DNA from: an uncultured bacterium
GTDB taxonomy: Bacteria > Acidobacteriota > HRBIN11 > JAKEFK01
Direction: 5' to 3'
Assembly: GCA_963777505.1 (NCBI GenBank)
Contig: CAVZQN010000004.1
Location: 608,001 to 672,000, forward strand
Length of the DNA stretch: 64,000 nt
The notes beneath the pieces are model-generated. The model was given only the letters and a program-made list of their open reading frames with translations. It was not told the origin of the DNA and ran no database searches. Shown in pieces: positions 17,918 through 29,242 of the stretch (within the stretch, counting starts at the first letter, position 1; every line of letters starts with the position of its first letter). A program made the translations under genes and the position numbers.

Positions 17918-19015
17918 TTAATCAACCAGATAATCTTGTGCAGCAATCCATCCGCGCTCGATCGCATGCTGTGCGGCTACCGTCGTGTCATTGGCAAGAA
18001 CGAGAGTACTTCCAGCTTCTCCGACTTTTTGTGCAAGTTTGCGAATTGCTTCTGAACGGGCGGGAGCCCTGCTAACATCACGAATATAGACAGCCAGAAT
18101 TCGTCCCGGATATAGTTCCACAATTTCGCTGTAAATTTCAGGATCCTCTTGTCCGCTATCACCGATTAAAATAAAAGGTAAATCCGTAATCATATCCATG
18201 ATGTGCCGGATCGTTGTAAGTTTGTGTGTTCGATGATCCATTGGGAGCACTTCATTTTCTGAAACGCCCCAATCCCTGAGGAAGAGTGGCCCTTCGGGAA
18301 TTCCTTGAATCGTAAAAAAGTCCATGAGAAGGTCATATAAATTCCACGGGCTGCTGGAAACATAAAACAACGGATTATTAATTTCACCACCGCCGCGCTG
18401 CAATGCACGATAAAACGATGCGACTCCCTTAAACGGTAACCGCGTGTGTGCGCTTCCAAACAAAATTGTTCGCACCATTCGCATCATGCTGGCGGCATCT
18501 GTTTGAATGACAGTGTCATCCATATCGCTGATCACGCTGAACATCGCTTTGGGCGGCGGAATTAGAACGAAACCTCGTTCCGTTGCTTGCGGGTTGCCAA
18601 ATTCAGGAGCTTCAACAAGTTCAAAATGAACTTCGTGCCAGAGTCGATCAGCAGGTAGCGACTCGATCAGTTTTATGCTTTCTTCGAAAAAACCTTCTTG
18701 ATCCGTTGTAAGCATCATCGAAGTTTCGCGAATTCGTGCTCTCAGTTTTGCATGCGGCACTTCATCGCTGTTAAATCTCTTGAATGTGTTTACAAGATTC
18801 TTCCAGCGTCCATCTGTTTCATCGGTACGAATCCCTTTGTCGATTAAAACTCTGCCTTTCAGATGCACAAATTCTTTAGAACCATAACCTCGATATGCAA
18901 TGATCTTAACGGGGTTGGTTTTTCGTAGGGCTTTGCCAAGGCGGCTTTTGACTGCGTCAAAGTAACCTTCTACATAATTCGCAGCCCTCGCAATTCGGCG
19001 ATGCCAGCCAGGCAT
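17918..19015 (-). CDS. App1-family phosphatidate phosphatase (DUF2183)
   Basis: ISDMDDTV, YVSSSPWNLY, LIGDSGQEDPEIY and YIR. Confidence 0.88.
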   Translation of the reverse strand: MPGWHRRIARAANYVEGYFDAVKSRLGKALRKTNPVKIIAYRGYGSKEFVHLKGRVLIDKGIRTDETDGRWKNLVNTFKRFNSDEVPHAKLRARIRETSMMLTTDQEGFFEESIKLIESLPADRLWHEVHFELVEAPEFGNPQATERGFVLIPPPKAMFSVISDMDDTVIQTDAASMMRMVRTILFGSAHTRLPFKGVASFYRALQRGGGEINNPLFYVSSSPWNLYDLLMDFFTIQGIPEGPLFLRDWGVSENEVLPMDHRTHKLTTIRHIMDMITDLPFILIGDSGQEDPEIYSEIVELYPGRILAVYIRDVSRAPARSEAIRKLAQKVGEAGSTLVLANDTTVAAQHAIERGWIAAQDYLVD

Positions 19016-19068
19016 TGATTGCCCTCCTAAAAAGATTCTTTCTACGCGTAGTAAAAATAAGAACTTAA

Positions 19069-20595
19069 TTACAATGCTGACTTTAAGAATGTGGTGAGAT
19101 GTTCTTTTAGTGCAACCAATGAAGGTTTGTGAATATACATCATATGGCCCGCTTCATAAAAAGACATTGACACATTGTTTTGAAGATCAGGCTCCAGGCC
19201 TAGATGATCAAACGTATACATGGTAGCGAAGTATGGGGTTGCTAAGTCGTAGTAGCCGTTCGCTACATGAACTTTTAATGATGGATTTTTGTTCATAGCC
19301 TGACGAAGAAATTCTGCAACATTTAAATAGCGATTTTGTGAATCTTTGTAACTCCAGGGACGCACTCGGTCAGTTAAGATTTCATACGGTAATTCGCTTT
19401 CATATTTCAAATCTTTGCGGACATAGTCGTTGAGAGTCGCTGTATAGGGTCCTGAAATTGCAGTGAGACTTGGATCGAATTCGAATTCCTCACCGGAAGC
19501 ATCGCGATCGATTCCTATAAAGCGGCTATCCAGACGTCCTACTGTTCTTTTTTGAGATCGAAGCAGCTCTTTTACAAAGCGGAAGATAGGGATCCGAAGA
19601 TTCGTTCGTTCAATATAGTCTCTGGATAATCCTGTGTATCGCGCAAGACGTTCAGCAATGTTTCGATGTTCTTCTTTTGTTAAATTCTTACCCTTCATCA
19701 GTGCGAGCGTGTAATCTTTCAAAGCAAATGCTTCAACTTCGCTCAGTGTCTTTCTTAAGTCTCCCTGCAAATCGGAAGGTAACTTTTTGTGATACCACGC
19801 GGTAGCGGTATAAGTGGGAAGAAAAACGATGTAAGGCAGATCGTTACCCACATCAAAGCGTGCTGTTTGCATTTGAAGAATAGAAGAAACAAGCATTACT
19901 CCATTGAAGTACATGCCGTTGCGGTCTTGAAGATAATTGACAAGGTTAGCCGCGCGCGTTGTGCCGTAACTTTCCCCGATTAAAAATTTTGGTGAGGACC
20001 ATCGTTTGAAACGCGTTACATAAAGACGGATGAATTCGCCAACAGATTCAACATCTTCCTGCACACCATGAAATTGTTTTGGATCTTCGCCTGGAACCGG
20101 CCGGCTGTATCCGGTTGAAATCGGGTCAATAAATACAAGGTCCGTTAAATCGAGTAAAGAATATTCATTGTCTACAAGTTTGTATGGAGGCGGTAATGCT
20201 TTTCCATCATCATCCATCAGCACCCGTTTTGGTCCAAGGGTGCCTAGATGAAGCCAGACGGAAGATGACCCGGGTCCGCCATTAAATGAAAATGTGATTG
20301 CGCGTTTTGTTGTATCAGTAATCCCTTCTCGTGCGTACGCGATGAAAAAGAAATTTGCTTTTGGTCTGCCATCTTCATTCTTTAATAAAATATTCCCCGC
20401 AGTCGCTGTATAAGTGACAGCTATGCCGCCAATTGAGACGGTGTGTTTTGTCTGCGAAAGAATTTCCTTTGGAAATTCTGTTTTGAACTCCGGTTCTTCG
20501 GTTTTTTTGTCTTGGGCAATTCCAAGCGTGAAAAGTCCAAAAAATAAAACCACAACAACGCAGATGTGTTTAACCATAATGAGAAAACTTACCAC
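19069..20595 (-). CDS. Serine carboxypeptidase, family S10
   Basis: FNGGPGSSS, GESYG, GYYDLATP and YEAGHMMY; signal peptide. Confidence 0.92.
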   Translation of the reverse strand: MVSFLIMVKHICVVVVLFFGLFTLGIAQDKKTEEPEFKTEFPKEILSQTKHTVSIGGIAVTYTATAGNILLKNEDGRPKANFFFIAYAREGITDTTKRAITFSFNGGPGSSSVWLHLGTLGPKRVLMDDDGKALPPPYKLVDNEYSLLDLTDLVFIDPISTGYSRPVPGEDPKQFHGVQEDVESVGEFIRLYVTRFKRWSSPKFLIGESYGTTRAANLVNYLQDRNGMYFNGVMLVSSILQMQTARFDVGNDLPYIVFLPTYTATAWYHKKLPSDLQGDLRKTLSEVEAFALKDYTLALMKGKNLTKEEHRNIAERLARYTGLSRDYIERTNLRIPIFRFVKELLRSQKRTVGRLDSRFIGIDRDASGEEFEFDPSLTAISGPYTATLNDYVRKDLKYESELPYEILTDRVRPWSYKDSQNRYLNVAEFLRQAMNKNPSLKVHVANGYYDLATPYFATMYTFDHLGLEPDLQNNVSMSFYEAGHMMYIHKPSLVALKEHLTTFLKSAL

Positions 20596-20682
20596 AATGC
20601 TTTACTCGATCAAACCTCTCACCTGTTTGACTTGGCCTGGTTTTGGAACCACAATGAGTTCCAGTCAGGTTCCCTTTAAGAC

Positions 20683-23600
20683 ATGATCGGCTCTACGATC
20701 TCCCATTACACCATTCAGAATGTTCTTGGGAAAGGGGGCATGGGAGTCGTATACCGCGCGATCGATACGCGTTTACAACGCCAGGTATGCATTAAGGTTT
20801 TGCCCGCAGAATACGTATCTGATCCCCGGCGTAAAAGACGTCTTGAAGCTGAAGCGCGAGCGGCTTCAAATCTCAGCCATCCCAATATTTGCACAATCCA
20901 TGAAATTGATGAACAGGATGGAATGCTGTTCGTTGTAATGGAGTACATCAAAGGTCAAACTCTGCGCGAAAAATTAGCTAATGGTCCGATTCCATATCAG
21001 GAGGCCTTTGGATATGCAGCTCAAATTGCAGATGCATTGGATAAAGCACACCGGAACAATATTTTGCATCGCGATGTGAAGCCTTCCAACGTCATTGTCA
21101 CAGAAGATGGTCTGATAAAGGTTCTTGATTTCGGACTGGCGCGACAGATTGATGAGCCCACATCGGAACAGTGGAGCGATGCGGAAACTCGTGAAAAAAG
21201 CATAACCCGATCCGGTGAAGTGCCTGGAACAATTTCTTATATGTCTCCCGAACAATTACGCGCAGAAAAGTTAGACGGTCGCAGTGATCAGTTTTCGTTG
21301 GGAATTCTAACTTATGAAATGCTTAATGGTCGTGCTCCGTTCAAAGGAAAAAATCCACTTGAAATTGCATCAGGAATATTAAAAGAAGAACCACCACCAC
21401 TTCAGACACAACCAGCAATCCCACTTGCTTTTGAACGTCTGCTTCAACGAATGCTGCGTAAAGATCCGCAGGAGCGTTATCCTGCAATGTCGGATGTTAA
21501 AAGCGAGATCAAACATCTTCTGGGTGAGTCTTCAACACGTGTCAGGCCCGCCCCGCATTTTCCAGATATTAGTTCAAGAAGTGTGATCACAGCTTTTGTT
21601 CTCCTGATTCTTCTGGTTGCCGGATTTGGAGCGATTCAATATTTCAGTAACCGTAGTAAAGGCCAAACTTCTGCGTATGCGACATCAAATACAGTTGTCA
21701 TTCTGCCTTTCAAGAATAAGACCGGGCAACGTGAAATGGATAACCTTCGTTTGCCTCTAACTCAAAATGTAATCGGAGATCTCACACCGAACCGTGATGT
21801 GCGTGTTTTTCCTTATGACAGGCTTTATCAAATGAATGATGTTATCTCCGGAATTGATAAAGATGTTTATGACAGAAAAGTACTGCAAAAAGTTAGTTCA
21901 ATCAGCCAATGTAAATTACTCGTTCAGCCGATCCTTTTTCAATTTGGTGATGTAGTCAGAATTTTAGTGGAGTTTAAAGATCCTGAAACCGGAGACACGA
22001 TTAGTACGACACCGATTGAACGAGAGTTAAAAAGCGAAGAAATACAACGGGATCAGTTACTTTTTGAAATGCTTCCACAGATGAGTTCAGCCATTTTGGA
22101 AAAAATGGGAGTCAAAACGCAACTTGCACCGTCCTTATCGTCTTCGTCGGGAACGGCAAACAGCGAGGCGCTGGTTTTATTCAACGAGGGTTTGAATCAT
22201 TTTTATCAAGGAAAAAATTTATCTGCGATTAGCTTTTTTGAACGAGCTATACAAAACGATTCAAAAATGGCTCTTGCACACGCATATCTCGCGCTGGCTT
22301 ATAAAAATCTTGGATTTGATCCGAAAGCTGAAGAGCAAGCGAAACTTGCTTTGGGATTAATCAGTTCCGGAACTTCTGCAATTGATTCTCTTTTCATACA
22401 GGCAACGCATTCGGAAATCTCTTATGACTATCCGAATGCGATTCGACTTGTCCAAGAAATGATTCGAGCGTATGGAGATAGACCAGAGTATTACTACAGA
22501 CTCGGGCAGATTCATGAAACAAATTTTTCATACGATGAAGCCGTTAGAGCGTACAAAAGGTCAGTTGAATTGGATATAAATTTTGCTCCGGCTTCATTGC
22601 AGCTTGGGGGCTTATTTGTACGGCTTGGGAAACCAAAAGAAGCAATGTCATCTTTTCAGGAGGCATCACGCGCGTATTCTCAAATCGGAAACAGTGAAGG
22701 CAAAGCACGTGTCCTATCTGCAATTGGATACGCATATCTGGCGATTATGATTTTGTCTAATTCACGTACTTATTTTCAGCAGGCGCTGGAATTGGATGAA
22801 GCCATCGCAAATAATTCCGGAATTGCGATGGATCTTCAAGAATCGGCGACGAATTTGTTAAGTAAGGGAGAATTTACGAAGTCCCGTCGTACTTCGATAA
22901 AGCTTTAGCGACCTTTCTCAAGAACGGCGACAAACTATCCGTTGGTAAAGCGTACAACAAAATTGGAGATGTACTGCTTCAAAAAGGTCAGCCTCAGGAT
23001 GCCGCTTCATATTACAAAAAAGGTTTGGGCATCAGTGAAGAGATTCAAAGTAAAGAACTGCTGGCAGAGTGTTATGAACGCTTAGGGCAAATTTACGGTC
23101 ATTTTATGGACCTGGAACTAGCAGAGAAATATTCAAACCTAGCCCTCGAACAATACAAGAAAACTGGATTTAAACAGAAGATCGTTTACAGCTATATGAG
23201 TCTTGGTGATGCAAATATGTATCGCGGCAATTATGAGGCAGCCGCCAAGCAATATGAGGAAGCGACTTAATGTCAGTATGGCATTGCAGGATCGGGGATT
23301 GATTGCAGATAGCGTACGGACTACAAGGAAACCTTTATTACATTCAAGGGCATTACGGCCAGGCTTTGAAGTACCGGCAACAACAGTTGAGCGCATTTGA
23401 AAAGATGCAAGAAAAAGCTTCAGTCGCATATACAAATTTTAACCTGGGTCATATTTATGCGGGGATGGGTGCACTGGATGAAGCCTTAAAAAGTTATGAT
23501 GCCGCTCTTCAGTATTTTCAAAACGAAAATGAAAAGCTAAAGGCTGATTGCCTTCTGCATCTTGGAAAAACATATTTGCTCCGTGCGAAAGCTGGAGATG

Positions 23601-24100
23601 GTGAACTTGCCAAAAAGAACTTGGACGCTGCGTTGAGGCTTTCGTCATCTTCAAACTTCCATCAGATCAGAATTCTGACAACGGGATATTTGTTAAGGTT
23701 GGAGGCGATGCAAGGCAAATTACTGATGAAAGATCAAGCCTTCCAGACCTTCCTCCGCGAAGCCGATTCGGATCAGATTGTCGTCGATACGAAAAAAGCA
23801 GAAGCTCATATAATTGCAGCTAAAATTGCGAACTTTATTAAACAGCCAGATCGTGCTCTAATAGATGCAAAGATCGTAGAGCGGATCTCTCAATCAAAAG
23901 GATTCAAGGCTGATCTTCTGAAAGCACATTGTTTGATGGCGCGAGCATATTACGATAAGAAACAGCCTGCTGAAGGGAAAGCTGAATTGCTTGCCGCGCA
24001 ATCTGTAGCCGCTCAAATACGATCTGAATTACCTCAACTTTACATGGCTTCGTTTTCGGTTCATCCGGACTATGAACCGGAATGTCTCGCTTCAAAATAA
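20683..24100 (+). pseudogene. Ser/Thr kinase-TM-TolB_N-like-TPR receptor broken by three frameshifts (decay or assembly error)
   Basis: GKGGMGVVY, HRDVKPSN and DFGLA. TPR repeats continue across frame breaks near 22885, 23264 and 23313. Confidence 0.8.
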
Positions 24101-24124
24101 GGTCCATTTCAACTTGGAGGGATT

Positions 24125-24481
24125 ATGAAGAGAATGACTATCTGGCTTTTGCTTGTTTTCACGTCTGCCACAATTGGTTTTGGAATAGCAGCCCAATCAG
24201 ATCGGCCACGAATTGTCCTTAATAATCACTTGGTGGCTGCGCTTTTAATGCAGGGTCCAACAACTGATCCGTTAGCAGGAGTTTGCGGAAATTCAGACAA
24301 GTGGAAAGAACTGAAATGTAGATTTGATGAATACAAAAAAAAGAGCGACACAATATTCACTGAAAAATGGAAAATTCATTCCAGCGATAACACTGGGATT
24401 CCTGTTAGAGTTCACTACAACATTTTGACTTCCGAGGCAACAATCATATGCAAAAAGGATAACTGTCTTCAGTCAAGATAA
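24125..24481 (+). CDS. Small secreted Cys-containing hypothetical protein
   Basis: GGAGGG RBS, signal peptide; paralog of the next gene. Confidence 0.7.
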   Translation: MKRMTIWLLLVFTSATIGFGIAAQSDRPRIVLNNHLVAALLMQGPTTDPLAGVCGNSDKWKELKCRFDEYKKKSDTIFTEKWKIHSSDNTGIPVRVHYNILTSEATIICKKDNCLQSR

Positions 24482-24506
24482 TGATTAATTGTAAGAGGAG
24501 TTAGTT

Positions 24507-24852
24507 ATGAAATGGTCAACTAGAATTGGAATTTTTGCTGTCGTAATTGCTGGATTTACCGGATATGGCTTGGGTTCAGATCATAATAGACCCCGTGTTA
24601 AAGGGAATCGCTACATTGTGCACCGGATTCTTAAGGAGCCGCAAGATACGCTTGAATACTAGGAGAACGGATAATTGGACGACCGTAGAGGATCAATATA
24701 AAAAGGCTGAGAAAAATGACTTTGTTAAAGCCGAGAAATGGAATGGCTGGAAAACAAACACTGAAGTTAAGGTTATCTACGACACGGACAATGCTGAAAT
24801 TCATCTCGTATGCATTAAAGACTGCGCCATTGACACGGATGATAATGAATAA
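24507..24852 (+). pseudogene. Frameshifted small secreted protein, paralog of 24125-24481
   Basis: AGAGGAG RBS, then MKWSTRIGIFAVVIAGF...DHNRPRV...EY* (24507-24662). Continues in the +1 frame as TDNW...VKVIYDTDNAEIHLVCIKDC. Confidence 0.65.
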
Positions 24853-24877
24853 GAGAAATCTGCTATCGTTATAGTAG

Positions 24878-26443
24878 ATGATCCTTGAGAGTCAGATTTC
24901 TGCGCAGAGTTCGGAATTTCAGAGAAACTATCAGCATCATTTGAAACTGGCTGAAGAACTGCAGTCGTTACTTGCCGAAATTCGGAAAGGTGGATCCGAG
25001 GAAGCACGTAAGAAACACGAAGAGCGTGGAAAGCTTTTCGTTCGTGATCGGATCCGATTGCTGCTCGATCCTGACAAGCCGTTTCTGGAATTATCTGCTC
25101 TTGCTGCTCATAAGGTTTACGAAGCTGAAGTTCCTGCCGCTGGTATTGTGACAGGAATTGGTTGGATACATGGTCAGCCTGTGATGGTGATTGCAAACGA
25201 TGCAACGGTTAAAGGCGGCACGTACTATCCATTGACCGTTAAAAAACACATTCGCGGTCAGGAAATTGCGCGGGAAAATCATCTTCCTTGTGTCTATCTT
25301 GTAGATTCCGGCGGCGCATTTCTTCCACTTCAAGCCGATGTGTTTCCCGATAAAGAGCATTTCGGACGCATCTTCTTTAACGAAGCGAATCTTTCAGCCG
25401 CAGGAATTCCGCAAATTGCAGTTGTGCTGGGAAGTTCTACTGCGGGCGGAGCCTATGTTCCGGCCATGTCTGAAGAAGCGATCATGGTTAGAAATCAAGC
25501 GACGATTTTTCTGGGTGGTCCTCCGCTTGTGAAGGCTGCAACGGGTGAGGATGTTACTGCAGAGGAATTGGGTGGCGCGGATTTGCACAGCAGAAAATCG
25601 GGTGTCTCGGATCATTATGCTGAAAATGATGCACATGCTCTGGAGATTGCACGAACTACTTTGCAATTCCATCGTCATCATTTGAGTGATCAGCGATGGA
25701 TGGTTCGAACGCGCAGTGAACCTCCAAAGTATCCAGCCGACGAAATTCTAGGCGTGATTCCCACGGATTTGCGTCAACCATTTGATATGCGTGAGTTGAT
25801 CGTTCGCATTATCGATGGCGGGGCGTTCCATGAATTTAAGAAATTATATGCAACAACTCTTGTTTGCGGGATGGCGCATATTGGGGGATTTCCTATCGGT
25901 ATTCTTGCGAACAACGGCGTGTTATTTAGCGATACTGCTTTGAAAGCGACACATTTTATTGAGCTTTGCGATCAGCGCAAAATTCCGCTCCTGTTTTTGC
26001 AAAACATAACTGGATTTATGGTTGGAAAAGATGCTGAAGCTGGTGGAATCGCAAAAGATGGCGCGAAACTTGTAACTGCTGTGGCCACATGCAGCGTTCC
26101 CAAAATCACAATTATTGTTGGAGGCTCCTTTGGCGCCGGTAATTATGGAATGTGCGGACGGGCCTATGAGCCGCGATTTTTATATATGTATCCAAATGCG
26201 CGGATTTCTGTGATGGGGGGAGATCAAGCCGCTCACGTTTTAGCGAGTGTTGGAAAAACAAATCCAGATGAGATTAAAGAAAAGTATGAAAAAGAAGGTC
26301 ATCCATATTATAGCTCCGCACGTTTATGGGATGATGGTGTCATCGATCCGCGAGATACACGATCGATTTTGATTCAGAACCTGGAAGTAATCTCACGAGG
26401 ACCTGAACCTAAAGAGACAAGATTCGGTTTATTCCGCATGTAG
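24878..26443 (+). CDS. liuB: 3-methylcrotonyl-CoA carboxylase beta subunit
   Basis: [28 protein letters not shown] and [11 protein letters not shown]. Confidence 0.88.
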   Translation: MILESQISAQSSEFQRNYQHHLKLAEELQSLLAEIRKGGSEEARKKHEERGKLFVRDRIRLLLDPDKPFLELSALAAHKVYEAEVPAAGIVTGIGWIHGQPVMVIANDATVKGGTYYPLTVKKHIRGQEIARENHLPCVYLVDSGGAFLPLQADVFPDKEHFGRIFFNEANLSAAGIPQIAVVLGSSTAGGAYVPAMSEEAIMVRNQATIFLGGPPLVKAATGEDVTAEELGGADLHSRKSGVSDHYAENDAHALEIARTTLQFHRHHLSDQRWMVRTRSEPPKYPADEILGVIPTDLRQPFDMRELIVRIIDGGAFHEFKKLYATTLVCGMAHIGGFPIGILANNGVLFSDTALKATHFIELCDQRKIPLLFLQNITGFMVGKDAEAGGIAKDGAKLVTAVATCSVPKITIIVGGSFGAGNYGMCGRAYEPRFLYMYPNARISVMGGDQAAHVLASVGKTNPDEIKEKYEKEGHPYYSSARLWDDGVIDPRDTRSILIQNLEVISRGPEPKETRFGLFRM

Positions 26444-26469
26444 GATTCTTTCACCGCAAAGACGCCAAG

Positions 26470-27267
26470 ATGAATTACGAAACTCTGCTGATCGAAATCA
26501 AAGACTCGGTTCTGTGGTGCCGTTTGAACAGGCCTGAATTGCGCAATGCATTCAATCCGAAAATGATTGCGGAGCTTGCAGCAATTCCGCAGTTGATCAC
26601 TCCCGATGTTCGTGTTGTTGTGCTTTCTGGTGAAGGAAATGTTTTTTCTGCCGGTGGTGATATGAATTGGATGCGCCGGAGTTTAGATTTAAGCCGGGAT
26701 CAAAATCTTAAGGATGCAGAGAACCTTGCAAATATGCTTCTTGCATTGGATCGTCTGCCTGTCCCATTAGTTGGAATGGTTCATGGTGCAGCGATGGGTG
26801 GTGGAATTGGGCTTGTCAGCATTTGCGACTATGCGATTGCTTCCAATGAAACAATATTTAGTTTTAGTGAAGTGCGTCTTGGGATTGTGCCGGCATGCAT
26901 CGCACCGTTTGTTATCCGTAAAATAGGACCGGGTCATGCACGTGCGATGTTCACAACCGCCGAACGATTCGATGCGCAAAAGGCTTTTGATATTGGCTTG
27001 ATCCATCGAGTCGCTGCAAACAAAGATGAACTTCAGCAGATCACAAACAAAAAAGTGGAAGAGATTAAAGAATGTGGTCCGAATGCTTTGAGGATCGCGA
27101 AAAAGATTATTTTTGATTTGCTTGAACCAGATGACAGCAAACAGCTGAAATTTGTTGCTGAAATTCTAGCAGGTGTGCGTGTGAGTGAGGAAGGTCAAGA
27201 AGGATTGAAGGCGTTTCTTGAAAAACGGAAGCCTGAATGGAAGAAACGTACAGATGAAAATTCGTAA
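26470..27267 (+). CDS. liuC: Enoyl-CoA hydratase, methylglutaconyl-CoA hydratase-like
   Basis: LNRPELRNAF, FSAGGD, GGGIGL and SEVRLG; liu gene context. Confidence 0.8.
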   Translation: MNYETLLIEIKDSVLWCRLNRPELRNAFNPKMIAELAAIPQLITPDVRVVVLSGEGNVFSAGGDMNWMRRSLDLSRDQNLKDAENLANMLLALDRLPVPLVGMVHGAAMGGGIGLVSICDYAIASNETIFSFSEVRLGIVPACIAPFVIRKIGPGHARAMFTTAERFDAQKAFDIGLIHRVAANKDELQQITNKKVEEIKECGPNALRIAKKIIFDLLEPDDSKQLKFVAEILAGVRVSEEGQEGLKAFLEKRKPEWKKRTDENS

Positions 27268-29188
27268 AGTCCTCATTGCAAATCGTGGTGAGATTGCCCA
27301 CCGCATTGCTGCAAGCGCACGCAAGTTAAATGTTCCATCCGTTGGCATTTATACACCCCAAGATAAAGATTCGGTGTTTGTTCGCTTGGTAGATCAAGCA
27401 ATTCCGCTACCTGCCGGCGATCTATCTACAAACTACCTGAATGCCGAGCTGGTGATCCGTTGCGCTCTTGAATCCGAAGCCAATGCGATCCATCCCGGTT
27501 ATGGTTTTCTTTCGGAGAATCCGGATTTTGCAGCGAAAGTCGAAGCCTCAAATTTAATCTGGATTGGTCCGAATGAACTGGCGATGCGCGAAATTGGAGA
27601 TAAGATGCGCGCGAAAGAAATCGCCGTGGCTGCTAATGTCCCGGTAGCTCGCTGGAAACATCTTGAAGAAAATCCAGGCAAACGGGAAATCAAATCAATT
27701 CTTAAAGAAATCGGACTTCCTGCCCTAATTAAAGCTTCGCGTGGTGGAGGAGGCCGAGGTCAAAGAATTGTTCGAGATGCTTCAGAATTTGAGGAAGCAC
27801 TTCGCACGGCTCGTTCAGAAGCAGTGCGTTCGTTCGGATCTGGAGATTTATTCATTGAAAGTTTTCTCGAAAACCCTCGACACGTTGAAGTTCAAATATT
27901 AGCTGATCAGCGGGGGCATGTCTTTGCATTAGGTGAGCGGGATTGCACGCTTCAACGAAGGAACCAAAAAGTCGTTGAAGAAACTCCTGCTGCAATCTTA
28001 GATGATGAAACTCGCAAGCGATTGCATTCTGCTGCCATCGGTCTCGCTACAACTGCAGGTTACACGAATGCAGGTACCGTGGAATTTCTTTGCAAACAAA
28101 ATGAGACTGGCGTCTGGGAATTTTTCTTTATGGAAATGAACGCGCGGCTGCAAGTGGAGCATCCCGTAACTGAAATGGTCTGGGATCTCGATCTTGTTGA
28201 ACTTCAATTCCGCGTTGCATCGGGTGAATCAATCGAACCGTTGATGGTAGACAAACACCCTTCCGGGCATGCGATTGAATTGCGGCTGAATGCTGAGGAT
28301 CCCGCGAATCATTTTTTGCCGACCCCCGGGCCAATTACTACATTGAAGTTTCCCCAAGGTGAGGGAATTAGAGCCGACACCGGCTTTGAGGCGGGAGATA
28401 CGATCTCGCAAGAGTACGATTCGCTTTTTTCTAAATTGATTGTTCATGCGAACAACCGGGATGATGCTTTGCGGAAAGCTTCGGCGGCCTTGCAAAATAC
28501 AACGATTGCCGGTGTGCTGAACAACAAATATTTCTTGCAAGCGGTTTTGAATCACAATGATTTTCAACAAAATAATGTTCATACACGCTGGATTGAATCT
28601 CATCCGGAACTTTCTGAATCCTCTAACGCTCTGGATGAGGATCTTGTAGTTTGGGGAAAGAAATTAAGTTCTGAACTTTTCGTTCAAAGAAATGAATACG
28701 TACCTTTAGAACCGTTGTTGGAGTCCAATTTTACTCCTTCAATTTTGAAGTCATTTATTCCTGATGAGGATCATGGAAGTTCGTCAGCTCAAGGTCTTGT
28801 CAGAATTTCTGGAAAATTTGAAGCCGCTGAGGAGGGTGAAGTTTTAGCATCGGGTTGGATAACGCGTTTTGAAATGTGCATCTCTCTTCAGCGTGCTGTC
28901 CGTGGAGTGGGACAAAGAAAGCTTGCGTTTGCCGGACAATTTGAAGTCGAAGATTTCAAAACGCATCACGGTCCTATTGTTGCGCAGGTTCCAGGAGTTG
29001 TGCTCAATGTTCGTGCGCAGGTGAATGAAGTTGTTGGAGCGCAAGAACCGATCCTAGTTGTTGAAGCGATGAAGATTGAAATGCCGATGAGTCTTCCAGT
29101 TCCTGCCCGCATTACAGCAATTCATGTAAAAGAGGGGGATCGCATCAAGCCGGGTCAGACATTGATTAGCTGGGAACCCGCCGCCTGA
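27254..29188 (+). CDS. liuD: Biotin carboxylase/BCCP subunit (MCC alpha)
   Basis: KVLIANRGEIA, HPGYGFLSEN, EMNARLQVEHPVTE; biotin motif EAMKIE. Confidence 0.82.
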   Translation: MKIRKVLIANRGEIAHRIAASARKLNVPSVGIYTPQDKDSVFVRLVDQAIPLPAGDLSTNYLNAELVIRCALESEANAIHPGYGFLSENPDFAAKVEASNLIWIGPNELAMREIGDKMRAKEIAVAANVPVARWKHLEENPGKREIKSILKEIGLPALIKASRGGGGRGQRIVRDASEFEEALRTARSEAVRSFGSGDLFIESFLENPRHVEVQILADQRGHVFALGERDCTLQRRNQKVVEETPAAILDDETRKRLHSAAIGLATTAGYTNAGTVEFLCKQNETGVWEFFFMEMNARLQVEHPVTEMVWDLDLVELQFRVASGESIEPLMVDKHPSGHAIELRLNAEDPANHFLPTPGPITTLKFPQGEGIRADTGFEAGDTISQEYDSLFSKLIVHANNRDDALRKASAALQNTTIAGVLNNKYFLQAVLNHNDFQQNNVHTRWIESHPELSESSNALDEDLVVWGKKLSSELFVQRNEYVPLEPLLESNFTPSILKSFIPDEDHGSSSAQGLVRISGKFEAAEEGEVLASGWITRFEMCISLQRAVRGVGQRKLAFAGQFEVEDFKTHHGPIVAQVPGVVLNVRAQVNEVVGAQEPILVVEAMKIEMPMSLPVPARITAIHVKEGDRIKPGQTLISWEPAA

Positions 29189-29242
29189 GTTTCTCCACCA
29201 CTCCACTGCCGCTCCGCCCCTCCGCAGTATAGAATTATTAGT

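Noticed and set aside
22870-23320. Programmed frameshifting or stop-codon recoding in the kinase gene
   Set aside because: No slippery heptamers at the breaks; several independent indels are better explained by error or decay.
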